A stretch of 64,000 bases of DNA from Puniceicoccaceae bacterium (lineage in GTDB: Bacteria > Verrucomicrobiota > Verrucomicrobiia > Opitutales > JAFGAQ01), in NCBI GenBank assembly GCA_040224245.1, contig JBEGIR010000017.1, forward strand, positions 3,611 to 67,610, written 5' to 3'. The notes under the pieces were generated by a model, which saw only the letters and a program-made list of their open reading frames with translations, did no database searches and was not told the origin of the DNA. Shown here in pieces: positions 56,502 to 64,000 of the stretch. The position numbers were made by a program, and so were the translations under genes. Each line of letters starts with the position of its first letter. Positions within the stretch are counted from its first letter, which is position 1.

Positions 56502-57662
56502 ATGACGGACTCAAGCCATAAGGATCCCTTGAAAAACCTCGAGGGTTGCATGGGTGAGGATATTGAAAAAATGATGACCACGGAGGTTATTCATGATTTC
56601 AAAAATATCCTCACTGGCATTTTGGGCAACTTGGCGATCGCGAAGGACTGGAGTAATCCCGAAGATCAGGCTTATCCCTTTATTGAGGCGGCGGAACGGG
56701 TGGCGCGCCATGCGAACCAGCTGGCGCTGCAGATGCTTGCCAACGCCAAGGGTGGGGAGCGCGAGTTGGTTGAAGTGAGCATGGCGCGACTGGTGCGGGA
56801 TGCTGTCGATATGATGATCGGTGGCAGTTCCTGTTCTTCCAAGGTGGTCATTGATTCGGACCTTTGCCTTGTCCATGGGGATGAGACCCGCCTGATGCAG
56901 GTGCTCAACAACTTGCTGGTCAACGCAAAGCAGGCCATGCCAAAAGGCGGTGTGGTCACGGTTCGGCTGGGAAATCTCACGGTGACCGAGCAATCCCAGT
57001 ATCGCCTGCGACCGGGACGCTACGTGCGAGTCAGTGTGGAAGACCATGGTGTGGGCATACCGGAGCAGAACCTCACGCAGATCTTCAAGATGCACTTCAC
57101 GACCAAAAAGGAGGGAACCGGGATTGGACTCGCCTCCTGTATTTATATCATCAAAAAACACGGTGGCACGATTCATGTGGAGTCGGAGGAAGGTCAGGGT
57201 TCGACCTTCACGCTTTTGCTGCCAGCGCTGGATAAGCTGGATTCCGAAGTGACGCCGCAGCCGAGCAAGCCCGTCGATGGCAGTGGATGCATCCTTGTCA
57301 TGGATGATGAAGCCATGGTGCAACAGGCATTGGGGGACATGCTCGGTGTGTTCGGATTTGACGTCGAATTTGCAGATGATGGAGAGCACGCGATCGAGAA
57401 TTATCAGCGTGCGATGGACCAAGGTAAGCCCTACCGTTTGGTGATCATGGATTTGACGATTCCCGGTGGAATGGGGGGCGTCGAAACCGTACGCAGGCTG
57501 CGAGAGATCGATCCGGAGGTGAAGGCGGTGGTATCGAGCGGACACGCCAATGATCCAGCAATGCTGCATTGCCGGGATTTTGGTTTTTCCGGCTCCATCC
57601 AGAAACCTTACTCGCTGAAGGACCTGCAAAAACTGGTTGCTACGATTCTGAATCCGGACTGA
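56502..57662 (+). CDS. Hybrid histidine kinase with C-terminal receiver
   Basis: VIHDFKNILTGILG (H-box), NLLVNAKQA, DHGVGIP, GTGIGLA, then a REC domain ILVMDDE...LVIMDLTIPGGMGG. Confidence 0.8.
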   Translation: MTDSSHKDPLKNLEGCMGEDIEKMMTTEVIHDFKNILTGILGNLAIAKDWSNPEDQAYPFIEAAERVARHANQLALQMLANAKGGERELVEVSMARLVRDAVDMMIGGSSCSSKVVIDSDLCLVHGDETRLMQVLNNLLVNAKQAMPKGGVVTVRLGNLTVTEQSQYRLRPGRYVRVSVEDHGVGIPEQNLTQIFKMHFTTKKEGTGIGLASCIYIIKKHGGTIHVESEEGQGSTFTLLLPALDKLDSEVTPQPSKPVDGSGCILVMDDEAMVQQALGDMLGVFGFDVEFADDGEHAIENYQRAMDQGKPYRLVIMDLTIPGGMGGVETVRRLREIDPEVKAVVSSGHANDPAMLHCRDFGFSGSIQKPYSLKDLQKLVATILNPD

Positions 57663-57759
57663 ACCATGCCCACCTTGAGGATGTGTTGGAGTTTGCAGTG
57701 GTGGATCAGCTGCCACCTGAGGGGAGTGCGGTTTTGCGCTATCGGGGAAGGAGCATGCA

Positions 57760-59475
57760 GTGAGTGAGGTCGGCGTGCAGTATGCGATGCGTGCATTGCC
57801 CGCGAGGCTGCAAGGTGATGCGAATGTCGCAAATCATCTGTTTCGGCTGCCTCGTGAGCTGCTGCATCGTCCCGGACTGATCACGGCGACCTGGCATCGA
57901 AACGGAGAGCTGAAGCGGGAGTGTATCTGGACGTTTTCCGATCTGCAGCAACGGGTGCTGCAGTGCATGGCTTGGCTGCGGCAGCAGGGATTGGAGCCTG
58001 GAGACCGAGTATTATTGATGGTGCGACCGGGCATGGAATTGATCACACTTTGTTTTGCGCTGTTTCGCCTGGGAGTGGTTCCGATCGTGATTGACCCTGG
58101 CATGGGGCTTGGGAAATTCAAACGAGCGGTCGCGCAAAGTGCTCCGGTTGGCCTGATCGGGATTCCGCTGGCACATTGCGTGAGTCGATTGTTTCCGAAG
58201 AGTTTTGCCAGTATTGAGAAGCGCATCGTCGTGCAGCCACGCTCCCTGCTTGCCCAACTTGATCGTGCAGGTTCACTGCAAACGCAGGATCTTGGAGTGA
58301 CACAATCCACAGATGCTGCTGCAGTGCTGTTCACCTCGGGATCAACGGGTGCACCCAAGGGAGTTTGTTACGAACACGGCATGTTTGATGCCCAGATCCG
58401 CCTGCTGCGCGAGCAGCTGAATATTGAGCCAGGTGAGGTGGACCTGCCCATGCTGCCAATCTTTGCACTTTTTAATCCGGCAATGGGCATGACCACTGTG
58501 TTGCCGGAGATCAATCCCAGTCGTCCGGCAAGTGTTGATCCGGTGAAGATCGTTGCCGCGATTCAGCGATATCAGGTCACCAATTCCTTTGGATCGCCTG
58601 TGCTGTGGCGTAAGATTGGTGATCATTGTGATCAGCAGCAGATTCAGTTTCCTCAGCTCCGCCGCATCCTTGTGGCGGGTGCGGCGGCACCTACGCAACT
58701 TTACCGTCAGTTCGAGCGCATCCTTCCACAGGGGCAGTTGATCTCACCCTACGGTGCGACGGAATGTTTGCCTGTATCATTGATTTCGGGTCAGGAAGTG
58801 CTCTCCGGCACGGCTGCGCTGACAGATCGTGGAGCGGGGATCTGTGTGGGCAAACCACTTGAAGCGGTCACCGTGAGGCTGGCTCCGCTCGATGGTCGCC
58901 CGGTAGACCTTGCGCTGAAACCCAAGCCGGGTGAAGTGGGAGAAATTGTGGTCAATGGCCCCTCGGTTACACGCGAATACTATCAGCTGCCCGAGGCAAC
59001 GGCAGGAGCCAAAATTCTGGACGCTGGGAAGGTTTGGCATCGCATGGGGGATGTCGGCTATTTCGATGAGCAGGGGCGCCTCTGGTTCTGTGGCCGCAGG
59101 ATCGAGGCGATCCACCTTCAGGATGGGAACGATCTGTTTACCGAACAGGTGGAAGGTCCCTTTCTGACACATCCGCAGGTAAAGCGCTGTGCCTTGGTGG
59201 ATGCAGCGAAACCGCATTCGGGGGATGCCCATCGCATCGCACTGGTCGTGCAACCTGTCGAAGGCAGCTGGCCTCGCAGCAGGGGTGCGCGGTTTGCATT
59301 TGCTGCAATGCTCGCAGAGCACTTGCGCAGCAACGGGTTGCATACACCGGTACAGATGGTATACTTTCTGAGGTCCCTTCCGGTGGATGTGCGACACAAC
59401 GCCAAAATCCATCGATTGACCCTTCGCCGGACGATTCAAAAACAGGAACCGATCCCTTTTCACGCATCCCACTAA
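57760..59475 (+). CDS. AMP-dependent synthetase/ligase (ANL) family protein, OleC (olefin beta-lactone synthetase)-like
   Basis: AVLFTSGSTGAPKGV, YGATE, GEIVVNGPSVTREY, WHRMGDVGYFDEQGRLWFCGR. The segment PMLPIFALFNPAMGMTTVLPEINPSRPA resembles what I recall of OleC. GTG start. Confidence 0.6.
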   Translation: MSEVGVQYAMRALPARLQGDANVANHLFRLPRELLHRPGLITATWHRNGELKRECIWTFSDLQQRVLQCMAWLRQQGLEPGDRVLLMVRPGMELITLCFALFRLGVVPIVIDPGMGLGKFKRAVAQSAPVGLIGIPLAHCVSRLFPKSFASIEKRIVVQPRSLLAQLDRAGSLQTQDLGVTQSTDAAAVLFTSGSTGAPKGVCYEHGMFDAQIRLLREQLNIEPGEVDLPMLPIFALFNPAMGMTTVLPEINPSRPASVDPVKIVAAIQRYQVTNSFGSPVLWRKIGDHCDQQQIQFPQLRRILVAGAAAPTQLYRQFERILPQGQLISPYGATECLPVSLISGQEVLSGTAALTDRGAGICVGKPLEAVTVRLAPLDGRPVDLALKPKPGEVGEIVVNGPSVTREYYQLPEATAGAKILDAGKVWHRMGDVGYFDEQGRLWFCGRRIEAIHLQDGNDLFTEQVEGPFLTHPQVKRCALVDAAKPHSGDAHRIALVVQPVEGSWPRSRGARFAFAAMLAEHLRSNGLHTPVQMVYFLRSLPVDVRHNAKIHRLTLRRTIQKQEPIPFHASH

Positions 59476-59486
59476 GCGCAGTCATC

Positions 59487-60482
59487 ATGAAAGTTCTGAT
59501 CACCGGAGGAAACGGATTTCTCGGCAGTCACATTGCCCGGCGCCTAATACAGGAGGGACATGAGGTTCGCTCGATCCAGCGCTCGGATCCTGCAGTGATT
59601 CAGCAAATTGAGGGTGTGAGCTACATCCAGGGGGATCTCAGCCATGAAATCGAGATTTTGTCTGCCTTTGAGGGAGTGGACGTGGTTTTTCACACAGCTG
59701 CGTTTGCTGGAGTCTGGGGCGCGTGGGAAGCGTTTTACCAGAGCAATGTGGAGGCGACGCTCAATGTAGTGCATGCCTGCCAGCTGCATGGTGTGCGCAA
59801 GCTGGTCTATACGAGCACGCCCAGTGTGGTGTTTTCGGGAAAAGCCATTGAGGGGGCGGATGAATCGCTTCCCTACGGCAGCAACTGGCTTTGTCACTAT
59901 GCCCATACAAAGCAGCTCGCGGAGGCCTGGGTATTGGGCGATGATGTGGCTGCTGATCTCGACGTGGTGGCACTGCGCCCCCACCTGATTTGGGGTGCGG
60001 GAGATCCCCATCTGTTACCGCGCCTGTTGCGAAGAGCCAGGGCTGGGGGACTCAAAATTGTTGGAAAGGGCACCAACCGTGTGGATCTCACACATGTGGA
60101 CAATGCTGCAGATGCTCACCTGCTTGCCATGAAGCAACTGATGGAAAATGCTCAGCAGGTTCGACAGAAGGCCTATTTCATTTCAGATGGAGAACCCGTC
60201 GTTCTCTGGCAGTGGATTCAGAATTTGCTGTTGGAACTGGGCATGAATCCGATTCGCAAGCGCGTACCGTTTGCGGTGGCGTATGCAGCTGCTGCGTGCA
60301 TGGAGGCGTGGTACCACACCTTTCACACCAAGGGGGAACCTGCCATGACGCGTTTTGTAGCAGTCGAGCTTTCCAAGCATCACTACTTTGATATTTCAGC
60401 GGCGTGCAGGGATCTCGGGTATCATCCGAGCGTTACGCCATCGCAGCGCACGGATTTGATCCGCTACTTGAGCGACTTGTAG
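59487..60482 (+). CDS. NAD(P)-dependent epimerase/3-beta-HSD family reductase, OleD-like
   Basis: MKVLITGGNGFLGSHIARRL (Rossmann), YTSTPSVVF, YAHTKQLAE (YxxxK). Starts 11 nt after the ANL gene. Confidence 0.6.
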   Translation: MKVLITGGNGFLGSHIARRLIQEGHEVRSIQRSDPAVIQQIEGVSYIQGDLSHEIEILSAFEGVDVVFHTAAFAGVWGAWEAFYQSNVEATLNVVHACQLHGVRKLVYTSTPSVVFSGKAIEGADESLPYGSNWLCHYAHTKQLAEAWVLGDDVAADLDVVALRPHLIWGAGDPHLLPRLLRRARAGGLKIVGKGTNRVDLTHVDNAADAHLLAMKQLMENAQQVRQKAYFISDGEPVVLWQWIQNLLLELGMNPIRKRVPFAVAYAAAACMEAWYHTFHTKGEPAMTRFVAVELSKHHYFDISAACRDLGYHPSVTPSQRTDLIRYLSDL

Positions 60483-60838
60483 GGCAGTGATCTCGAATGT
60501 GGAGGAGCCATCCCGATGAAAGGATGGCTCCTGTCTCAATGTTCTCACGAACAAGGTTCGTGAAACGCTAACACACTATCTCTTTCTATCTCTTGCTTGT
60601 CGTGATCAGATTGCACGACAAAATTCCCAAGTGTCAGCGAAGGTGAAAAAATGGAGCAAATGCTTGCATTGCAGGTGAAGAAGAGGAGGTGGACATTGCT
60701 GAAAAGGAAAGCCCTTTAAATAAATTCAATACTTGCGGAGTTTGCAATGCGAATGGAGGAGTTTTTCTGAAGAAATTGGACTGAACCGCACATGGCCCGG
60801 TTTTTCGCTCGTCATTGTGACTGGCTTGCACTATTACC

Positions 60839-61483
60839 ATGCGGAAATTTTCAACGATCATGAAAGCAACTCGTTTTTTCTCTTTTATCCTTCCCAGTCT
60901 ATTGCTGCCGCTCGTCCTGAGTGCGGTTGAAACCTTTCCGGTTTATGTCGGTGTGGGCTACGGTATTGCCCGGTACGTCGGCGATGAAGTGAAGGATCCG
61001 TTGCTGTTGACGGGTCAGAAAGCCGAGGATGATCAGGGATTTTACGAAGCCTACCTGGGGCTGGATCTTGGGGATGTCTTTGCGATTGAGATCGCGTATG
61101 CGCAGTTCAATGAGCTGGAAGCCGACTACAAACTTTCAGATGAAGTGGTGTCCATCGGTACTCCAAACTACCGGGAGCGAGTGGATTTTGCGCGCTATTC
61201 GGCAATGCTGGTGGCGGAGTATCCGCTCACCTTTGGATTCAGCATCTATGCAACAGGTGGGTATGCCTACTATGATTTTGACCGCTATTTTTCAGGTGGA
61301 TTTTCGGAGAGTATCGGAGCCACCGTGGAACACATCTCCAACGGGGACCATGGGCTGGAGTTCGGATTTGGAGCCAAATGGGAAGTGCTGGACCGGATCT
61401 CGGTGCGTGGGCAATGGGCGCAGTCCGTCATTGGTGACCGAAAGGTGCAGTCAAATCGCCTGTCAGTCGAGCTACACTTCTAA
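60839..61483 (+). CDS. Outer-membrane beta-barrel (OmpA-like 8-strand / OMP_b-brl) protein
   Basis: Signal peptide, alternating strand pattern, terminal ...RLSVELHF. The alternative start is 60860. Confidence 0.6.
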   Translation: MRKFSTIMKATRFFSFILPSLLLPLVLSAVETFPVYVGVGYGIARYVGDEVKDPLLLTGQKAEDDQGFYEAYLGLDLGDVFAIEIAYAQFNELEADYKLSDEVVSIGTPNYRERVDFARYSAMLVAEYPLTFGFSIYATGGYAYYDFDRYFSGGFSESIGATVEHISNGDHGLEFGFGAKWEVLDRISVRGQWAQSVIGDRKVQSNRLSVELHF

Positions 61484-61540
61484 GCACGATGCGTTGACGA
61501 TATTGGCAGATGCCTGGCCCGTGGAGTTGTCGGGAAAGTG

Positions 61541-62506
61541 TCAATTTTTCCCGGGATTACCCTGTTTTGAGGGGTGAATCTGGGCGTGATGTTTGGCAGG
61601 CTCAAGGTGGGTGCTGATGATGGCCTTGCCCTGGATGCTCGCCGCCATGGCCTGTTCGATATCGGTTGCGATTTCATGGGCCTGCTTGATGCTCATCTGA
61701 TCGGGAAAAAGCAGGTCAACATCAATATCGAGAGTGTCACCGACATCGCGAAACTTGAGCCGATGGTAACTGATGTTCCACTGGGCGCAGGAGGCCTCCA
61801 GCGTCTCGTGCAGCTTTTTGGCAACGGCGGGATCGGCCCGATCCATCAGGCCATCAAAACCCCTGAGCATGAGGCGGTAGCCCGTCACAAAAATATTGAT
61901 GGCAATCAGCATGCCGACGATGGGATCCCAGCGATTCCACCCGGTGAAGTGCACCAGCAAGAGCGCCACCCAGACGCCGACACTGGTCCACGCATCCGTG
62001 AGGATGTGAAGTCCATTGGCACGCACGATGATGGAACGGGTGCGCTTGGCGACCCGCAGCAGGAGAAACCCCAGAATCAGGTTTGAAACCAGAACCACCA
62101 TACTGAGCACTAAGCCGTCCGAGATGCGTAAAACCTCTGTATTGCGGATCCAGGCAGCAATGGCTTCCCAGGCGATGTAGAGGGCAGCCAGTGTGATCAT
62201 CAGGCCCTCAAAGCCCGAGCTGAAGAACGAAATTTTTGCGTGTCCGTATGGGTGGGTTCTGTCGGCAGGACGTTGGGAAATGCGAACACTGTAGAAGGCA
62301 AATACCACCGCGAGCAGGTGTACGATGGACTCAACCGCATCTCCGAGAATGGCGGTGGAACGGGTCAGGGCAAAGGCGGTCAGTTTGACCACCAGAAGCA
62401 CGACCGCAACGGCAAGGGAAATCGACATCCATCGCCGATCATCGCGGTTGTGCTGGGTCTGCTGGTCAGCAGTTGTGGGTGGCATTGCCTCATGAGTGTG
62501 TTTCAT
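61541..62506 (-). CDS. Cation diffusion facilitator (CDF) family metal efflux transporter
   Basis: Six TM segments. AILGDAVESIVHLLAV and HILTDAWTSVGV match the CDF signature HxxxD. A C-terminal cytoplasmic domain is present. Confidence 0.85.
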   Translation of the reverse strand: MKHTHEAMPPTTADQQTQHNRDDRRWMSISLAVAVVLLVVKLTAFALTRSTAILGDAVESIVHLLAVVFAFYSVRISQRPADRTHPYGHAKISFFSSGFEGLMITLAALYIAWEAIAAWIRNTEVLRISDGLVLSMVVLVSNLILGFLLLRVAKRTRSIIVRANGLHILTDAWTSVGVWVALLLVHFTGWNRWDPIVGMLIAINIFVTGYRLMLRGFDGLMDRADPAVAKKLHETLEASCAQWNISYHRLKFRDVGDTLDIDVDLLFPDQMSIKQAHEIATDIEQAMAASIQGKAIISTHLEPAKHHAQIHPSKQGNPGKN

Positions 62507-62556
62507 GCAAGACAGGATGACAGGCTGTTGGGGATGGAAGATCGACGCAGTCGGAG

Positions 62557-63726
62557 TCAGAATGAGTGGTGCAGGTGCGGGCGGGTATCCCCCATGCAGG
62601 TTTCCACATAGCGCGCGGTCTGAATCCAGTCGTGTTCCAGAGTTACCCGCCGGGTTTTGCCTGCCACTTCCTCAAGTGGCACGGGCACACACTGATCGCC
62701 GCGAAGTGCAATCATCACATTAAATTTTTGTTTTTCGAGCATGTGGCCGACACAGGTGCCAAGGCGTGTGGTCAGGAGGCGATCCGCGGCAGAGGGTGAA
62801 CCGCCGCGCTGCACATGGCCGAGCGATGTGGTGCGGCAGTCAATCCCGGTGCGTGCAGTGATCTTGCGGGCGATGCGGTTGGCCATGGGTTCGCGAATCA
62901 GCAAGTGCCCATCCTCCTGCTCGGATTCTGAGTTTGATGGGGATTGTTTTTTCTTGCCCTTCTTTTTTCCTTTTTCCGCAGTCTTCTTGTTTTCGGAATC
63001 AAGCTGTTTTTGGGAAATGGCACCCTCGGCCACAGCGATGATTGAAAAGCGACGTCCGGTGCTGCGACGGTAGAGCAGGTGTTCGGAGATGACCTCGATG
63101 TCATACGGGATTTCCGGGATCAGGATGACATCGGCTCCTCCGGCAAGTCCGGCCCCGAGGGCAAGCCATCCGGCCTTGTGTCCCATGACTTCACAGACGA
63201 TGACGCGGTGATGACTGGTGGCGGTGGTGTGTAGCCGGTCAATGGCTTCGGTGGCAATGTTCATTGCCGTGTCAAAGCCAAAGGAGATATCGGTTCCGTA
63301 AACATCGTTATCGATGGTTTTGGGCAGGGTGATCACATTCAGCTCACCCGTGCTGGCCAGGTGCATTGCGTTTTTTTGTGTTCCATTTCCCCCAAGGCAG
63401 ACGAGACAGTCGATCTGGTTGCGGTGCGCATTTTCGATCGCAACGTGCGTCATATCCATGATTTCTCCACCCATGTTCATCTTGCGGGGTTTGTCGCGGC
63501 TCGAGCCGAGAATGGTGCCACCAAGTGTCAGGATGCCGCTGACCTGGAGGGACTCCAGATTGACATGCCGGTTTTCCACGAGTCCCCGAAATCCGTCCTG
63601 AAACCCTACCACTCGAATGCCGTGGTGCATGGCGGCCTTGGCAACTCCCCGGATCGCTGCGTTGAGACCCGGGCAATCGCCACCGGAGGTCAGGATGCCG
63701 ATGCATTTCACTTTCTTCTGACTCAT
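62557..63726 (-). CDS. pfkA: ATP-dependent 6-phosphofructokinase with a low-complexity insertion
   Basis: From the ATG at 63726: IGILTSGGDCPGLNAAIRG, GGNGT, PKTIDNDV, MGHKAGWLAL, LGHVQRGG. The insertion is KKTAEKGKKKGKKKQSPSNSESEQEDG. Confidence 0.85.
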   Translation of the reverse strand: MSQKKVKCIGILTSGGDCPGLNAAIRGVAKAAMHHGIRVVGFQDGFRGLVENRHVNLESLQVSGILTLGGTILGSSRDKPRKMNMGGEIMDMTHVAIENAHRNQIDCLVCLGGNGTQKNAMHLASTGELNVITLPKTIDNDVYGTDISFGFDTAMNIATEAIDRLHTTATSHHRVIVCEVMGHKAGWLALGAGLAGGADVILIPEIPYDIEVISEHLLYRRSTGRRFSIIAVAEGAISQKQLDSENKKTAEKGKKKGKKKQSPSNSESEQEDGHLLIREPMANRIARKITARTGIDCRTTSLGHVQRGGSPSAADRLLTTRLGTCVGHMLEKQKFNVMIALRGDQCVPVPLEEVAGKTRRVTLEHDWIQTARYVETCMGDTRPHLHHSF

Positions 63727-63944
63727 GCCCTCCAGTCTAGCTATTGGCGAGCAGATGTCACCCCCATAGTTGTGGGAGCCGTGCATTCCCTCGTGTCGGG
63801 ATTCAGATCGTGCTTGCGTTGTGCACCGTTGATGGAGCAGGAGAACATCCCACGGGAACTCGAAGTTTCCGTCATTTTTTCCATTGCTGCACGCCCAAGG
63901 CAGAACCTGCGGCAGCGATGGGGTTATCCATGAATGCGCACAAG

Positions 63945-63978
63945 AAAAAACCCGGCATTTACAAATTGCCGGGTTTTT
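63945..63978. terminator. Bidirectional-looking intrinsic terminator hairpin
   Basis: AAAAAA-CCCGGCA-TTTACAAAT-TGCCGGG-TTTTT. It probably terminates a gene lying to the right of the window on the minus strand. Confidence 0.55.
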
Positions 63979-64000
63979 GAATTCGCAGTTTGAAGCAACG

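Overview
The window has two compositionally distinct parts. All calls come from reading the ORF track and sequence by eye; no searches or folding were run.

**(A) Positions 1 to ~28,300: a mosaic mobile/defence island.** It runs off the left edge and ends at an intact tRNA-Ser(GGA) (28203-28294, minus strand). It contains:
- the tail of an MmeI/PglX-like DNA methyltransferase, followed by a tightly packed ATPase::Toprim-like / DExH helicase / GIY-YIG(T5orf172) trio;
- an IS110-family transposase with long hairpin-rich non-coding flanks;
- ardA followed by a possible HEPN-like protein;
- a Gp49(HigB)-XRE pair next to a large HExxH protein;
- three tyrosine recombinases and two excisionase-like HTH genes;
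- an isolated tRNA-Gly(GCC) 3' half bracketed by two copies of a GTGCGCAC-based palindrome (attP-like);
- an integrative-mobilizable-element core (oriT-like inverted repeats, MobC, relaxase, T4CP, Xis, Int) that carries a sigma factor and an orphan operon of large unknown envelope proteins.

**(B) Positions ~28,500 to 64,000: GC-rich chromosomal backbone.** It contains:
- HydABC-type [FeFe] hydrogenase and GH88/105, GH27 and DUF1080 glycan genes;
- a 13-kb co-directional cluster: MarR, porin, ProVWX, Na+/solute symporter, ATCase-like transcarbamylase, AsnB-like amidotransferase, carbamoylase-type M20 amidase and isochorismatase-type hydrolase;
- two-component proteins, glyQS, an OleC/OleD-like pair, a CDF transporter and pfkA.

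Gene content vaguely suggests a marine PVC/Verrucomicrobia-like organism, but that is a guess.

**Best candidates for undescribed biology:**
1. the ATPase-Toprim / SF2 helicase / GIY-YIG operon at 209-5069;
2. the sigma-linked orphan envelope operon at 19038-23670;
3. the transcarbamylase/AsnB/carbamoylase/cysteine-hydrolase cluster fused to osmolyte transporters (34.5-47.4 kb);
4. the unusual att architecture at 16.9-17.15 kb and 28.2-28.5 kb.
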